The notes under the pieces were generated by a model, which was not told the origin of the DNA, searched no databases, and saw only the letters and a list, made by a program, of their open reading frames with translations. A stretch of 64,000 bases of DNA, from positions 62,001-126,000 of IMG/VR virus record IMGVR_UViG_3300033233_000001; one strand, 5' to 3'. Positions 37,997-47,191 of this stretch are shown here, piece after piece; the first letter of the stretch is position 1, and each line of letters opens with the position of its first letter. The translations under genes and the position numbers were made by a program.

Positions 37997-38923
37997 TCAC
38001 GACGCCATCTCCGCGGCGAGCGCCATCCAGGCCGCCCGGAGCGCGATCGACACGCGATCGACGGTCGGCGGCTCCGTGGCGGTCACGACGATCGTGGTGT
38101 GCTTGCGTACGCCGTCGAAGTCGGTGCGGCGAACCACGTAGCCGGTCGGGCTCAGCTGGCACGAGATGCTCGGGTTGTACTGCGTCTTCTGGCGCAGCGT
38201 GATGCCGAGTGGCGCGTGCTCGACACGGCACGACCGGTCGGCGAGGAACGGTGCGCGCACGGCGTCGACGATCTTCCGGCACTCGGCGAGCGCAGCCTCG
38301 CGTGCCGGGCGCTCCGCCTCGGACTGGGCGCGCCGGGCGGCCTCGGCCTCGTCCTTGACGCGCTGGCGTGCTGGAGCCGTGAGTACCCAGTCGATGTGCT
38401 CCGCCGAGCCGCCTGCGTCGCGTACGAGGTCGACGACCTGGGAGATGCTCACGCCGCCGTTGCGCACGAGGTCGAACGCGTAGAACGTCAGCGTCGTGCC
38501 CTTCCGACGCGCGAGCCGGCAGCCCTCGACGATGCACTCTTCGAGCGTCGCGCCGCGGTCAGTGATCGCGAACTTGCCGGCGCCGAGGTTCGACAGAAGG
38601 TGACTGCCCATGCACCAGCCGTAGATGTTCGTCGAGAGCGTGTACGGCCGCTCGCCGACGGAGCCGCCGCGGACCTGGTAATCGCAGAGCACGCGATCGG
38701 CGCTGCGGAAGTCGCCGATGGCGCGGTACTTCGCGCGCTCGATCTCGCACCGCGCGTAGTAGGCGCGGACTTCGCTGTCGTCGCCGAGGCGGATCACGAC
38801 GGGTCGCTCGCCGTTGCCGTGGTCAGCAAAACCGACGCCGCAGAGGCCGGCGGTGACCATGCTGCGGATCGCAGCGACGATGTTCTCCCAAGATCCGGTG
38901 ACGGGCGCGACGGTCTCGAACAT
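37997..38923 (-). CDS. hypothetical protein (MFETVAP...)
   Basis: GAGGAGG RBS, hairpin and promoter upstream. Confidence 0.7.
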   Translation of the reverse strand: MFETVAPVTGSWENIVAAIRSMVTAGLCGVGFADHGNGERPVVIRLGDDSEVRAYYARCEIERAKYRAIGDFRSADRVLCDYQVRGGSVGERPYTLSTNIYGWCMGSHLLSNLGAGKFAITDRGATLEECIVEGCRLARRKGTTLTFYAFDLVRNGGVSISQVVDLVRDAGGSAEHIDWVLTAPARQRVKDEAEAARRAQSEAERPAREAALAECRKIVDAVRAPFLADRSCRVEHAPLGITLRQKTQYNPSISCQLSPTGYVVRRTDFDGVRKHTTIVVTATEPPTVDRVSIALRAAWMALAAEMAS

Positions 38924-38940
38924 GGCGGGCTCCTCCTCGG

Positions 38941-38996
38941 GCCGGCGTGTTTGCCGACTCCACAACAGACTTTAGCGATGCCGCGCGCGCTGTCAA
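38941..38996 (-). promoter_or_regulatory. promoter TTGACA-N16-TAAAGT plus leader hairpin GTCGGC-AAACAC-GCCGGC
   Basis: -35 38991-38996, -10 38969-38974. Confidence 0.8.
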
Positions 38997-39064
38997 GGGA
39001 CGGCCACCACAAATCGCAGCGTCGTCGGACAGGCGCGGCCGCAGAGAGGCATGAGCGCGCCTAG

Positions 39065-39244
39065 AAATGACCATATGTGACCATCGCGATTGCCGGCGCT
39101 GTGCGCCACGCTGGCAGGCGCGGTTTTCGGGTGACGTGCTCGTAGGTCCGAAGCGGCTTCAGTCGAACGCTCGCGACTGGCACGACTTCTGGCGACTGGA
39201 GAAAACGCAATAGTTTCGGCATGTCGCACCTCGTACTACTAGAA
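39065..39244. repeat. ~180-bp non-coding element, copy 2
   Basis: collinear with 2867-3046. Confidence 0.85.
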
Positions 39245-39339
39245 TTTGTGGACACATCGCTCCTCTCGCGTCTGTCAGACACTGTGCCAGCCGGCTGGCA
39301 CGCCTAGTGGCGACGAGCGGCCTGGTGTACGCTCCGGCG

Positions 39340-42036
39340 ATGGCACACGGAGAGAACGAGGGCGAAGGCGGCGGCGGCGGGTGGGAGCATGCGGTTAGCA
39401 CTAGGCTGCTGGCCAGTCACTGCGTGTTCTGTCATCGACCGCTAAGAGATCCGGAAAGCGTCGAGAGGGGCATTGGCCCAGAGTGTGCCGGCAAGCACTG
39501 GGCACCTGCGGTCATGCCTACGAGCCTTGATGTGGCCACGGCAGAGAAGGCCATGCGAATGGCGCCCGAGGTGCTCCGCGCGGCCTGGGAGCGCGTAGGC
39601 GGCAGCGTAGACGACGAGGGTGCGGACTGGCGGCAGAGCGCAGAGATCCGTCGGCAGATGCTCTCGCTCGGCCTGCACTACGGCGCGCTCGCCGTCTCGT
39701 TCGGCGCGTCCGAAGCCAGCGTTGTGGCGCTCAAGGTCGACAGCGCCAAGCAGTGCATCGCTGCCGTCCAGCAGTTTGCGCTCGCGGCCGGCTACACGGC
39801 GTGTGCGACGCGCCTCGTCGACAAGTACATGGCCCAGCTGGAAGAGGCCGCGACGAGCAAGGGCAAAGCCCTCGAAAAGATGATCGTGTTCCGGCGTGCC
39901 GCGCGCGAAGGATTCCTCGGCGTTCACACGCCCTTCAACGGAGCCGTCCAATGGCGCTCGTGGTGCGCAGCGAACCGCTCGATCTTCGTGCATCAGGAAT
40001 ACCGGCAAGAGGGCGAGGCGAAGTTGTACTTCCGGTACTTCGAGGAGAAGAAGCTCGGGTTCGTCGCCAACGCGCTCTCGGGCATCTTCGGCGATTGCCT
40101 TGTGCTCGATCCTGACGGCGGCTTCGTTGCGCTACCCAGCATGCACATCGAGCCCGAGGAGAAGGTCGCGGTCGCCGCGCCCACGCCGCCGGCCTCGAAG
40201 ATGGAAGCGACCGACGAGGTGGAGACCTACGCTGTGCCCGAAACGATCAAGCTCGGCGACCTCTTCAAGATGCCCGACGGCCGAGAACTTCCGATCCAGT
40301 ACATCGACCCCAAGCGCGGCTTCGTCGGCGTCGGCATGAGCGGCAAGGGCAAGTACGCGTTCTTCTCGTTCGAGGAGGTCAAGCAGATCTCCGGCAAGGA
40401 GGTCGCGAAAGACCTGTATACCGAGGTCGTGCGTCTCGCCGCTCAGGCGAAGGAGGTGCCGCCTCCGCCATTGCCGGCGCGCGCGACCAAGCGTGACCTA
40501 CCCGAGGGTCTGATGGAGCACCAGGTCACGGGCGTGCAGTTCATCGACGAGCACCACGGAAGGGCTTTGATCGCCGACGAAATGGGCCTCGGCAAGTCCG
40601 CAGAAGCCGCAGTCGCAACCGATCCTCCGGCGGTCGTTGTTTGCCCTGCGTCGCTCAAGGTGAACTGGCTTCGCGAGCTTGCGCGCTGGCGTCCGGATCT
40701 GACAACCAGTATCATCAGTGGCGGAAGCGACCCCGACCCGGTCCAGAAGAAGGCGGATGTCGTCATCATCAACTACGAGATCGTCGAGAAGCACCTCGAA
40801 TGGCTGAGGAAGCGCGGCAACGTCACGATTATCGCGGACGAGGCGCACTACCTCAAGAATCTCGACGTGCGCCGGAACAAGGAGACGGGGCTCTTCGAGC
40901 CGCTGACGAAGGTGAAGCGCACGGCGAGTTTCTACGAACTTCAGCGTGACGTGCCGAGACTCATCCTGATGACCGGGACCCCGATCTTGAACCGCGTTAA
41001 GGAACTGTTTCCGCACCTGCACATGGTGGACCCCAGTACATGGGACAGCGGATACAAGTTCTGCGTGCGTTACTGCGGCGGTCACTACGAGCGGTTCGGC
41101 CGGCGTGAGATCTTCATGTGCACGGGCCGTACGAACAGCGAGGAACTGCATCAGCGCGTGAATAACGTCTACATGCTTCGTCGCACCGCTGACGTGCTGA
41201 ACCTGCCGGAGAAGCGGCGCGGCAGCATGAGCGTGTCGCTCGACGCGAAGGCCACGCAGAAGTACGAGCGCCAGGTTCGTGAGTTCCTTGCGTGGGTCGA
41301 GGACAACGGCGGCCCCGAAGCGGTCATGCGCGCGATGCGCGCCGAAGTTCTTGTCCAGATGAACAAGCTCAGGGAGACCGCTGCGGAGGGCAAGGCGCCG
41401 GCTGCGGTTGAGTGGATCGAGAATCACTGGACTAGCACAGGGCGACCGCTGGTCGTGATGGGGACCCACCGCATCGCATTCGAGCACATGATGAAGGGCG
41501 TCGACGAGCTAAACGAGACACACGCGAAGCAGGTCGCTGCCGGCGAGACGCCGGACATGCAGGCGCCGCTTCGGTACAGCAAGGTCGTGGGCGGCATGGG
41601 CGAGCGCGAGCGCCAAGCGGCGATCGACGACTTTCAGGCCGGCAACATCGACCTGATCTTCTACTCAATCGCGTTGGCGACGGGCACGACGCTCACGCGC
41701 GCGCAGGACATGCTCTTCATCGAGCGCGCATGGCGGCCTGGCGATCTGGCTCAGGCCGAGGCGCGCATCTACCGCAAGGGTCAGAAGAACCAGTGCATGA
41801 TCACCTACCTCGATGCCGAGGGCACGATCGACGGTAAGATCGCAATGCTCCTCAAGGACAAGATCGGCTCGGCGAGCGCAGTCATCGAGGGCGTGAACCT
41901 CAACGATGAGCAGGCCTCCGAGATGGTCTTCGGTGAACTCTTCAACATCGGCGGCGTGAAGAAGAACACCGGCGGGGAGCCAGAGGACACGCTGGAGCAG
42001 ATCGCAGACAGCTGGTTCAGTCCGCTGCCGGTATGA
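39340..42036 (+). CDS. SNF2-family (SMARCAL1/HARP-like) helicase with N-terminal Zn finger
   Basis: CVFCHRPLRDPESVERGIGPEC; ADEMGLGKS, DEAH, MTGTP, QAEARIYRKGQ. Confidence 0.9.
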   Translation: MAHGENEGEGGGGGWEHAVSTRLLASHCVFCHRPLRDPESVERGIGPECAGKHWAPAVMPTSLDVATAEKAMRMAPEVLRAAWERVGGSVDDEGADWRQSAEIRRQMLSLGLHYGALAVSFGASEASVVALKVDSAKQCIAAVQQFALAAGYTACATRLVDKYMAQLEEAATSKGKALEKMIVFRRAAREGFLGVHTPFNGAVQWRSWCAANRSIFVHQEYRQEGEAKLYFRYFEEKKLGFVANALSGIFGDCLVLDPDGGFVALPSMHIEPEEKVAVAAPTPPASKMEATDEVETYAVPETIKLGDLFKMPDGRELPIQYIDPKRGFVGVGMSGKGKYAFFSFEEVKQISGKEVAKDLYTEVVRLAAQAKEVPPPPLPARATKRDLPEGLMEHQVTGVQFIDEHHGRALIADEMGLGKSAEAAVATDPPAVVVCPASLKVNWLRELARWRPDLTTSIISGGSDPDPVQKKADVVIINYEIVEKHLEWLRKRGNVTIIADEAHYLKNLDVRRNKETGLFEPLTKVKRTASFYELQRDVPRLILMTGTPILNRVKELFPHLHMVDPSTWDSGYKFCVRYCGGHYERFGRREIFMCTGRTNSEELHQRVNNVYMLRRTADVLNLPEKRRGSMSVSLDAKATQKYERQVREFLAWVEDNGGPEAVMRAMRAEVLVQMNKLRETAAEGKAPAAVEWIENHWTSTGRPLVVMGTHRIAFEHMMKGVDELNETHAKQVAAGETPDMQAPLRYSKVVGGMGERERQAAIDDFQAGNIDLIFYSIALATGTTLTRAQDMLFIERAWRPGDLAQAEARIYRKGQKNQCMITYLDAEGTIDGKIAMLLKDKIGSASAVIEGVNLNDEQASEMVFGELFNIGGVKKNTGGEPEDTLEQIADSWFSPLPV

Positions 42037-42305
42037 CGACCCGGCCCGCAATCGGAGCCCCGCCGACCGACTACGCGATCTACGCGCTCGTCCGCGGCGA
42101 GCCGCGTGCGCTACAGCGTGTCGCCGGCCTGACGCTCGTGCGCGCGTGTCTCATCGCGCCGGGTCTCTATGTGGCTGGCATCCGTGGACGGAAGCTGGTG
42201 ACGCAGTCGCTGGCGGCAAGCGTCGGCGTGAGCGCACTGTTGACTGCGTGGTACGCGCTGCGAGCGCGCGACGCGGTTACTGTTCCGGGGCCGGCGGCGG
42301 GATAG
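42033..42305 (+). CDS. small membrane protein
   Basis: two hydrophobic segments; ATGA overlap. Confidence 0.6.
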   Translation: MTTRPAIGAPPTDYAIYALVRGEPRALQRVAGLTLVRACLIAPGLYVAGIRGRKLVTQSLAASVGVSALLTAWYALRARDAVTVPGPAAG

Positions 42306-42894
42306 GCCGCAAGATCGCGCGCAGTCCGGGCGGCTGCCTCTGGATGTACGCAGCGAGCCTAGACAGGAACACCGGATGGTCGGGCGGCGTGTGCCGCGGG
42401 CTTGGAGCCTCGCGATCGCCGACCCACTCGTGAAGGCCGTTCTTGTTCCATTCGCGCACGGCGTCCTCGATGGCGCCGGAGGCGTTCTTTGCGCATAGCT
42501 TTCCATCGTGGCCGCGGTAGACGCGACAGACGAGCGACATGTCCTCGTCGTCGAGCAGTCGTAGCTCGACGTGACCGTCCTCCGGCGTGATGCCGCGCTC
42601 GATAGCCCACACGCGCCAGGCGCCGAGGATCGCAGTCAAGCGTCCGGCGTCCTCCTCACGTGCTGGCCACTCGCCGGTGAGAACGTGCAGCGCCTGGATA
42701 GAGAGCCATGGCGCGACGCCGTGGCCCTGCTTGCCGGGCTCGGTAATCGCGTACACGAGCGTCGGGATGAGCGCTGGTCCTCGTGCGATTACGGCCTTGA
42801 ACTCCGGGTCGGCGAAGTGACGTGAGTGGCCCGAGAAGTGCGCGTAGCGGTCGTCGACCTTGCGGAGTAGTTCGAGCGCGCCGTGATCGATCAT
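42277..42894 (-). CDS. hypothetical protein
   Basis: 205 aa; ATGA overlap. Confidence 0.6.
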   Translation of the reverse strand: MIDHGALELLRKVDDRYAHFSGHSRHFADPEFKAVIARGPALIPTLVYAITEPGKQGHGVAPWLSIQALHVLTGEWPAREEDAGRLTAILGAWRVWAIERGITPEDGHVELRLLDDEDMSLVCRVYRGHDGKLCAKNASGAIEDAVREWNKNGLHEWVGDREAPSPRHTPPDHPVFLSRLAAYIQRQPPGLRAILRPIPPPAPEQ

Positions 42895-43310
42895 CGCTGC
42901 CTCTTGGCGTCTTCGAGTTCCTGCCGTGCTGTGTCGACGCGCGTGCGCGCGTGCTCGATCGTCGTCGTCGGAAGCTGGACGCCGGCATGCTGGCGTTCGA
43001 GGAGTTTGGCGAGGATGTGTTCGGCCTCGTGGAGTCTGAGGGCTGCCGCGTGCGCCGGGGATCGTGCCTGCCGTTGTTCTGGAACTCGGTATCCGCCATC
43101 AGTCACGAGCGTTGCGGCCGTCAGGTGCCACCCGCGGCACTGACTGCATCCGTACGCGCGAAGGCCATGCTCTTTTGCGCGTCGAAGAGCGTCGTGCTCG
43201 TCGGAGAACCGGACTTTGCTCGCGCATCCGTGCCACGAGGCGCCGCCGGAACTGTTGCCAGATCCTCGTCGCGCACGACCTGCGCGGCATCGCGTGATGT
43301 GGTCTCGCAT
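42891..43310 (-). CDS. hypothetical protein with Zn-ribbon motif
   Basis: RAYGCSQCRGWHLT. Confidence 0.6.
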   Translation of the reverse strand: MRDHITRCRAGRARRGSGNSSGGASWHGCASKVRFSDEHDALRRAKEHGLRAYGCSQCRGWHLTAATLVTDGGYRVPEQRQARSPAHAAALRLHEAEHILAKLLERQHAGVQLPTTTIEHARTRVDTARQELEDAKRQR

Positions 43311-43723
43311 TGGACCCTCGTGGCGAGCGTGTGGCTAGCGTCCTTTTCTAGTGGATTCGACCAGCGCTTGCAAGCGTTGGTCGAGATCGGCTGCTGCGGT
43401 CGCGTTTGTCTGGAGAACAGCCGGAGCGAGCGTCGGCGCGACCTTCTTGGCCGTCGACCGCGTCGTCGGCGCTGGCACCGGCTCGACGTAGATGCCCTCG
43501 TCCCGCTCGACCGCGCGGAGGCACACCGGGCACTCCGGCCGCCGTCGCTCGTAGCCGCGCGTGAAAGGAGCCCAGAGCGCGCAGATGGTCCAGGCTCCGC
43601 CGAGATGGACGGCGGGCGGCGACGCCTGTTCCTGAGTCGCGTGCCAGTCGTCTTCGAGGCGGACGCACTGGTAATCGACCGGCATACCGGGGACGCGCTG
43701 CGGCGCGACCGACTGACGACGCG

Positions 43724-44089
43724 TCACGCTCCGTCGTCCACCGCGACCGCTTCGGCTCGCGGCCCAGAGCCGTACCTGTGGTAGCGCTCGCCGTCCCGGT
43801 AGTGTCGAAGCGCCTGCTCCTCTTCCTTGGTGGGCGGCCGGTAGCGCGCGGGCTTGATGATGTGCTCGTGCCCGAGGTTGCAGGTCTCGGTCACCTCGAC
43901 TTCGATCACCAGCGACGAGAAGTCGAGGATGATGCCGTCCGACTCGCAGTTGGTGTCGTCTACCGAGTTGCACCAGGCCGGCTCTTCGTTGCAGATGCTA
44001 CAGCGCTCGTCACTATTCCCGTAGCTCTCTGGCCGGTCGAACTGGTGGCCGTTCGTGCAGAGGAACTGGTTGCGGCCTTCGTAGGACAT
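43724..44089 (-). CDS. Cys-rich hypothetical protein (MSYEG..Q.LC.NGH)
   Basis: AAGGAG RBS; CSIC. Confidence 0.65.
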   Translation of the reverse strand: MSYEGRNQFLCTNGHQFDRPESYGNSDERCSICNEEPAWCNSVDDTNCESDGIILDFSSLVIEVEVTETCNLGHEHIIKPARYRPPTKEEEQALRHYRDGERYHRYGSGPRAEAVAVDDGA

Positions 44090-44106
44090 CGGTGTTCTCC
44101 TTAGGG

Positions 44107-44508
44107 TTAGCTCCACGTCACGCGGACTCGCCACAGGTCCCAAGTGTCCATGCCATCCTTCTCGGCCCAGCACTCGTACACGGCGTGCAGACCGTCGATC
44201 TCGTTGATCACTTCGGCGGTGGTTTCGCTTATCGGATGGTTGTCGCCGTCAAGATCGCCGTCAAGATCGATGTGATCTTGGCCGCGTGAGATCGCCTCCT
44301 CGATCTTGGCGAAGAACCACGGGGCGATGATCTTCTCACGTTCGCAGCGTAGCACGTTTGCCCGCCGCGCCTCGGCTTGCCGCCGTAGATGCTGCACCTC
44401 TTCTTCGCGTCGCCGAAGCTCTTCGCGACTCGGCTTCGCATTTCGCCTGGCGGTTCCAGACGCGATTGCAGCTTTGACTCGGGGATCGATCGGCATCACA
44501 CGCTCCAC
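44107..44508 (-). CDS. hypothetical protein
   Basis: contiguous run. Confidence 0.55.
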   Translation of the reverse strand: MERVMPIDPRVKAAIASGTARRNAKPSREELRRREEEVQHLRRQAEARRANVLRCEREKIIAPWFFAKIEEAISRGQDHIDLDGDLDGDNHPISETTAEVINEIDGLHAVYECWAEKDGMDTWDLWRVRVTWS

Positions 44509-44786
44509 TCGTCGAGCTTGCGCATCTCGTCGCGACTGAAGAAGATCGCGGTGCCGGCGATGACTTCCGGCCGGCGCTTGAGCACGGTGAGCGCGGAGGC
44601 GGCCTCGTTGATCGGCTGCTCCTTGAGCTTGCCTTCCTCGTCGACCATGAGCGCGCTGCCGTCGGTGAACGTGAAGAACTCGATGTAGCCGCCGCCGATC
44701 ATCGCACGCAGGCCTTCGAGGGAGCAGTCTCCGGCGGTAAGCGTGAACACGTCGGTCGGGCCGTTGGTTGGGATCTTGGTTGCCAT
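44496..44786 (-). CDS. DUF3846-like protein
   Basis: LEGLRAMIGGGYIE..MVDEEGKLK..PINEAAS..IAG. Confidence 0.75.
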   Translation of the reverse strand: MATKIPTNGPTDVFTLTAGDCSLEGLRAMIGGGYIEFFTFTDGSALMVDEEGKLKEQPINEAASALTVLKRRPEVIAGTAIFFSRDEMRKLDEWSV

Positions 44787-44789
44787 CGG

Positions 44790-45149
44790 CTACTCCTTCT
44801 CTTCGACCCGCCGCAGCAGCGTCTTCGTCTCGTCGGCGATCTCGATCGTCCTCGTCAGCGCCGAGCGCATCGCATCGTGCTCGGAAACGACGAGTTTGAC
44901 CTCCTCGAACACGTCGCGCGGCTCTGCCTTGCCGACGACGTAGGCGATCGCGGCGAACGCCCCGAGACGTTCCCTGAGGCCCGTGAACGCCTTGTCGAGT
45001 CGCTCAACGTTGCGCGTCAGGGTGGAGACGCTCTCGCTCATGTCGGGTCCAGAGATGCCGCGCTCCGCGTACACCTTGATGGTTTCGGCGCTCGACATGA
45101 GCGCCTGCATCGCCTGCCGAGCGTCGTCGTGCCAGTCGGGAACGCTCAC
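44790..45149 (-). CDS. hypothetical protein
   Basis: GTGA overlap; helical. Confidence 0.55.
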   Translation of the reverse strand: MSVPDWHDDARQAMQALMSSAETIKVYAERGISGPDMSESVSTLTRNVERLDKAFTGLRERLGAFAAIAYVVGKAEPRDVFEEVKLVVSEHDAMRSALTRTIEIADETKTLLRRVEEKE

Positions 45150-45475
45150 GGCGACACCTTCGTAGTCCCGCCACATCGAGTGCACGTCTCCCAACCGCGT
45201 CCCCATCCCACGAAGATGCAGCCAGTGACGCACGCGGGGCACTCGATCATGGACGGCGGCACCGTCGGAACCGGCACCGTCGGAACCGGCCCGACGCGTC
45301 GGAGGATCTCGTCGACAGCAGCGGTTTCGATCAGCGTCAGGCGCTGGCCCTCGTAGCCGTGACGCTTCGTCTCGTCGACGACCTCCTGCGCGAAGCGCTG
45401 CGCCCACTCCCGGGTGTCGGGTGTCACGGTCTGGACCTCCTCTGCGAACGCTGGACCCTGTCCCGGTTTGCTCAC
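45146..45475 (-). CDS. hypothetical protein with CxxC..CxxCxG finger
   Basis: CPACVTG...CTRCGGT. Confidence 0.6.
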   Translation of the reverse strand: MSKPGQGPAFAEEVQTVTPDTREWAQRFAQEVVDETKRHGYEGQRLTLIETAAVDEILRRVGPVPTVPVPTVPPSMIECPACVTGCIFVGWGRGWETCTRCGGTTKVSP

Positions 45476-45833
45476 GGCTTCCGCGCCTTCCGCCGCTTCT
45501 TGTTCGCGGCCCTCCGCTTTCGGTCGTTCACGGCGCTCCTCGCGTGCGCCGCCTCCGCGACCTTGCGTAGAGCACGTACCTCGGCGACGGCGGCGTTCGC
45601 TACGGCATTTCCGGCTGACCGCGATATCGAGGTCACGCGGTCAAGCGCTTCGCGGGCCTCGTCGCGCTCGCGCTCGACCTCGCGCAGCGCACGCACCTCG
45701 GCACAGAGGACCGCGATGTCGGCTTTCGCGTCCATGTGGTCCACGAGCAGCCGCTTCATTCCGAGTTCGCCGTTGTCGTAGGCAACCGGCCTGCGCCAAC
45801 GCGTCTCGGTTGCATCGAGATTGCAGCGCACGG

Positions 45834-46184
45834 CTACTTCTTGCCCTTCTTCGGGCTCTTCGGCTGCGCAGCGGCCTCCGACGGCAGCATGACCTTCGTG
45901 ACGACCTTGGCCTTCTCGGTCGCCTTGGCCTGCGCTTCCTTGTCCGCGGCCGCCGCCAGGCGTTCGCGCTGGGCCTCTCCCGGCCGGCCATCGAGCAGCT
46001 TGAGCTTCTCGGAGGCGCTCAGCGCCGCCCAGGCGGCCTGCCGCTCGGTTGCCTCGCGGCGGAGACGGTCCTTGCGCTCGGCGAGCGACTCCTGCTTGAC
46101 GCTCGTGCTGAGCCAGGGGCGCGGCGAGTTCTGTTTGCGCTCGCGGGAGCCTTCGTAGGGGTTCGGACGATGGGGACGGGGCAT
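45834..46184 (-). CDS. basic hypothetical protein
   Basis: GAGGAGG RBS. Confidence 0.65.
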   Translation of the reverse strand: MPRPHRPNPYEGSRERKQNSPRPWLSTSVKQESLAERKDRLRREATERQAAWAALSASEKLKLLDGRPGEAQRERLAAAADKEAQAKATEKAKVVTKVMLPSEAAAQPKSPKKGKK

Positions 46185-46448
46185 GGGACCTCCTCGCGAC
46201 CTGCCGGGCCGCGGTTCTCGGGTTCGTGGTTGGTGGTTCTAGGTCATGTCGACCCGAAGCGAACGAGCAGGCGCTGGCGTTCAATAGACACTGCCGGCGT
46301 CTCACGCATCGCGGTAGCACCACCGAAGTGATTGACCGCGCCGCCGCAGCTACGTGCTGCTCACTCGCTTCGAGTCGACATGTTCACTGCGAGACGGTAG
46401 CACCGCGTGAAGCTGAGTCAACAACAAAACGCAGCACGGTCGGACAGG

Positions 46449-46850
46449 CTATTTCGTCGGCTCACGAATGAGATCGAAGGAGCCGCCGCTGCGCTCGGTC
46501 CACGCGTACAACCAGAACTTCGCGAGGTCCGTCGGGCTGCCGTCGAAGGCTGCTTCGCAGTGCCCGAGCGTCTTGAGCGCGCTGGGGACGGTGATGTCGG
46601 CGTTGCGCATGGCCCAGAAATCCTTGGTGTCCGGATCCCACTCGTCGGGATGGCACAAGGCCTCGATGCTGAAGATGTCTTTCTTGAGGAAGCCGTGGCT
46701 CTTCATGACGGGCGTCAGAGCGCGCAGGAGGTGGCTCCACTTCACCGCGACCTCTCGCTTGCCTCGCTTCCCCTTCATCGGCGCGCGCACGATGATCATC
46801 GGGCCCGGCGAGTACACGTGGAGATACGCGAACAGTGGCTTGTCGGTCAT
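46449..46850 (-). CDS. hypothetical protein
   Basis: TGATG overlap. Confidence 0.6.
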   Translation of the reverse strand: MTDKPLFAYLHVYSPGPMIIVRAPMKGKRGKREVAVKWSHLLRALTPVMKSHGFLKKDIFSIEALCHPDEWDPDTKDFWAMRNADITVPSALKTLGHCEAAFDGSPTDLAKFWLYAWTERSGGSFDLIREPTK

Positions 46851-47191
46851 CAGTCGAGCTTCGGGTGTCGGACGTTCGTCGAGAAAATGCCGGGCCTGCA
46901 TACGCAAGCGCGGGCGCCGTGGTCATGGAAGCCATGAGCAAGCGTTTCGAGTGCACGCAGGGCAGCGGTCCGTCCATGAAGATCTTTCGCTGGCACGCCG
47001 ACGACGTCGACACGCGGAGTGCGCACGCTCTGCCGGCCGTAGTAGATCACGATCTGTCTCGGAGGCACGGTCGCACGAAGCTCGACGCCAGCTTGGCGGC
47101 AGAGGCTAGCGAGGGACATGCGTCGACCATCGACGCACGGCGGCTCCGCGCGAAAAAGCGGTCGTTCGATCAGTGGACGAAGCGGGATCAT
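46850..47191 (-). CDS. hypothetical protein
   Basis: ATGA overlap. Confidence 0.55.
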   Translation of the reverse strand: MIPLRPLIERPLFRAEPPCVDGRRMSLASLCRQAGVELRATVPPRQIVIYYGRQSVRTPRVDVVGVPAKDLHGRTAALRALETLAHGFHDHGARACVCRPGIFSTNVRHPKLD

